64,000 nt of DNA from Clostridia bacterium (GTDB taxonomy: Bacteria > Bacillota > Clostridia > JAAYHZ01), in assembly GCA_050950825.1 (NCBI GenBank), contig JBMNIH010000004.1:128001-192000 (forward strand), written 5' to 3'. Position 1 is the first letter of the stretch, and each line of letters begins with the position of its first letter. The translations under genes were made by a program, and so were the position numbers. Positions 62,077-64,000 of this stretch are shown in pieces. Below the pieces are notes generated by a model that saw only the letters and a list, made by a program, of their open reading frames with translations, had not been told where the DNA came from and searched no databases.

Positions 62077-63184
62077 AGTGTTTGCGGACCCTGTTAAATC
62101 CCCACTCTGCCAGCATGTCATCTACGGACATGTTTCTCAGCTTGCAGAAGGAGTAGATGCGTCGGTATAAGCCGGTGTTGGCTTTAATATACACATTATC
62201 GGTGTCTCCGATTCGATGCTCGGCCAGTTCTTTTTTGAATTCTTCGGATTTCTTGTAGTATGTTGTTCGATGTCTACCCTTAATCTTTGTAAATCCGAAG
62301 AATTGAAAGAACTCGTCCATACTCATCTGTTCTCTTGATGCTCGGTTCGCGATGACATTGTATTCGGGAGGCTTGTGGGGACCGCGATTGGGGAAGTATA
62401 CGCGATTGTTGCCGTCGGAATATTTACGAAGAATTCGGATGATATCTTCATCGGTATCTTTCCCGTTCCTGCAAAAACCGTGGAACCCGTGTAATTGTAA
62501 ATACTCGTCTCGGGAAAGACCTAAACGGGTGCATCGATTGCTGACTTTCGAGCTTAAGTTCGGCGTGCCGTATGCGGCATAGGTTTTACCCATTACTTTT
62601 ACGGGTATTAAATCCTTTTTGATTTCCATGTCTTGAGGGCCTAACAGGTGATAATGGTGCTTTCTCAAAAAGGCGTCCAAGCTTTCCGGTAAACGGAAAA
62701 CCGTTTTGACGGCGAGTCCTTTTTTGATAAAAACACAAATGTTTTCGCCGTCATTGGCGATTCGAATATAAAGATCGTTTTTTCCGTATTCAAAACGGTC
62801 CGTCAAGACCATCTTTTTGATGGTTTCAATTTCATGGGGAAGGAGCCGGTTGTCTTGCCAATCGGTATTGGTTATTTTATTGACGATTTTTCTGCTGATT
62901 TCGGCACGGGTGACTCTAAAAATTTTTGCGAGATCCGCCCCGCTGAATTGATATTGATCGATGAGCAATTTGGCCGTTTCCGAATCGAAATTTTTTGATC
63001 CGGATCCGGTTTTTTCTTTGACGTAGATGAACCCGTTGTTTTTGAGAAATTCGCTGATGGATAAACGGTTTTTTAATGCCGCTTCTCTTAAGTAGCTGTA
63101 CTCCAAAGGATGGTCCTTATAGATATTGGTAATGCGACGGTCAGGATACATTTTTCTCAATTTCGCCAAAATATATTGCTCCAT
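62060..63184 (-). CDS. Hypothetical HTH protein with four internal repeats
   Basis: AAGGGG RBS; HTH-like FSGADLAKIFRVTRAEISR; four ...S..E/D..L...GF repeats. Confidence 0.65.
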   Translation of the reverse strand: MEQYILAKLRKMYPDRRITNIYKDHPLEYSYLREAALKNRLSISEFLKNNGFIYVKEKTGSGSKNFDSETAKLLIDQYQFSGADLAKIFRVTRAEISRKIVNKITNTDWQDNRLLPHEIETIKKMVLTDRFEYGKNDLYIRIANDGENICVFIKKGLAVKTVFRLPESLDAFLRKHHYHLLGPQDMEIKKDLIPVKVMGKTYAAYGTPNLSSKVSNRCTRLGLSRDEYLQLHGFHGFCRNGKDTDEDIIRILRKYSDGNNRVYFPNRGPHKPPEYNVIANRASREQMSMDEFFQFFGFTKIKGRHRTTYYKKSEEFKKELAEHRIGDTDNVYIKANTGLYRRIYSFCKLRNMSVDDMLAEWGFNRVRKHSIHTK

Positions 63185-63291
63185 ATTCGTCCCCTTTCAA
63201 ATGAAATTGAAATATTGACGGTACTTGTATATTTCCACAAAGACACGGGAAAATCCTTTAAATAGCCTTGAAATTATAATATATGAAAAAT

Positions 63292-63324
63292 AAAAAAATG
63301 GCTACCTCGGTAGCCTTATTTTTT
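63292..63324 (-). terminator. Terminator
   Basis: GGCTACC-TC-GGTAGCC stem flanked by A and T tracts. Confidence 0.7.
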
Positions 63325-63929
63325 TATCTTGGCAAAAGCCTCAATTCCATCCAGTCGATAGCGATCCAATCGTTCGGAGAAGTCCTTGACGTGTTCTCTA
63401 TGACAATTCGGTTGTTTCTTCTTATGTTAGGTATGTTAAAGGTTAATTCTCTCCAATTGTTAAACATCCCGTCGGCAGGGGAACCGTGGGGGAGAGACAA
63501 ACGGCCGTTGTGCACAACGCTTCCGTTAATGGTAATTCTTGCGGAATAAAGGTCCGTAGGCACATTATAGTGGTCGTCCAACACCATGCTGATGCCGAGA
63601 ACCGCCCTCATGTTGCCGGGAACGATTAAGAATGCAGGACTGTCAAATGTCCATGCACCGCGGTTTCCGGTATAGAGAATGTCTGCGTTTCTGCTCGGGT
63701 TCCCGTAGTTCGGGTAACCGGACATTTCTTTATATAAAACCAAAGTAACAACAGGCGGATTGTTGCTGAGTATGGGAGGAGGATCGGCTAGCGCTGCAGG
63801 AGTCATGCCGAAGGTACTTGCGGGCTGATCTCCTCTTTGAAGAAGCAAATCTCCTTCTTGACGTGAGCCTGTTTGACGTACGGGAAACTCCGGTATTTCG
63901 GGGTATCGACCCATTCTATCTTGCGTCAT
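63324..63929 (-). CDS. Hypothetical protein with C-terminal CBM/galactose-binding-like domain
   Basis: AAGGAG RBS; disordered N-terminus; beta-rich C-terminus ending DWIAIDWMEL. Confidence 0.55.
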   Translation of the reverse strand: MTQDRMGRYPEIPEFPVRQTGSRQEGDLLLQRGDQPASTFGMTPAALADPPPILSNNPPVVTLVLYKEMSGYPNYGNPSRNADILYTGNRGAWTFDSPAFLIVPGNMRAVLGISMVLDDHYNVPTDLYSARITINGSVVHNGRLSLPHGSPADGMFNNWRELTFNIPNIRRNNRIVIENTSRTSPNDWIAIDWMELRLLPR

Positions 63930-64000
63930 ATATTTGATATCTCCTTCATCGATATATGGTATTTCTATATCATATTCACATGATTCTCCTTATGTTAACG

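Noticed and set aside
63229-63240. 12-bp TTGTGGAAATAT shared (inverted) with about 48727; DnaA-box-like
   Set aside because: A single imperfect short match, compatible with chance.

Overview
64 kb of chromosomal DNA from a moderate-GC, probably spore-forming Clostridia-type Firmicute (inferred from GGAGG RBSs, sigma-A-like promoters, lipoproteins and a LysM-polysaccharide deacetylase). It is a mosaic of about 45 intact genes in small operons. These cover catabolism (nitrilase/aminotransferase/amidohydrolase, sulfatase-uxaB-uxaA, DegT-ceramidase-like), peptidoglycan recycling (NamZ, AmiE-like, NagZ, DUF368), an AAC(6')-I-like acetyltransferase, a yybP-ykoY riboswitch ahead of a P-type ATPase, xpaC-telA, nfo between two paralogous orphan solute-binding lipoproteins, and a degenerate PAS-GGDEF-HD-GYP protein. 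There is one intact IS with 16-bp terminal IRs and a 6-bp target duplication, inserted in a terminator, and several deletion or frameshift remnants. I saw no rRNA, tRNA or CRISPR array. The best lead is a putative LysR sulfur regulon: the same ATAGG-N5-CC(T/A)AT operator and promoter layout precedes both a CoA-disulfide reductase-rhodanese plus siroheme sulfite-reductase-like operon and a convergent FecCD/BtuC-type ABC importer, suggesting a tetrapyrrole (siroheme?) uptake and sulfite/persulfide reduction module. Other leads are two promoter-terminator sRNA candidates, a DUF1576 plus stand-alone HATPase pair, and an HTH protein with four internal repeats. All calls come from reading motifs by eye; no database searches were run.
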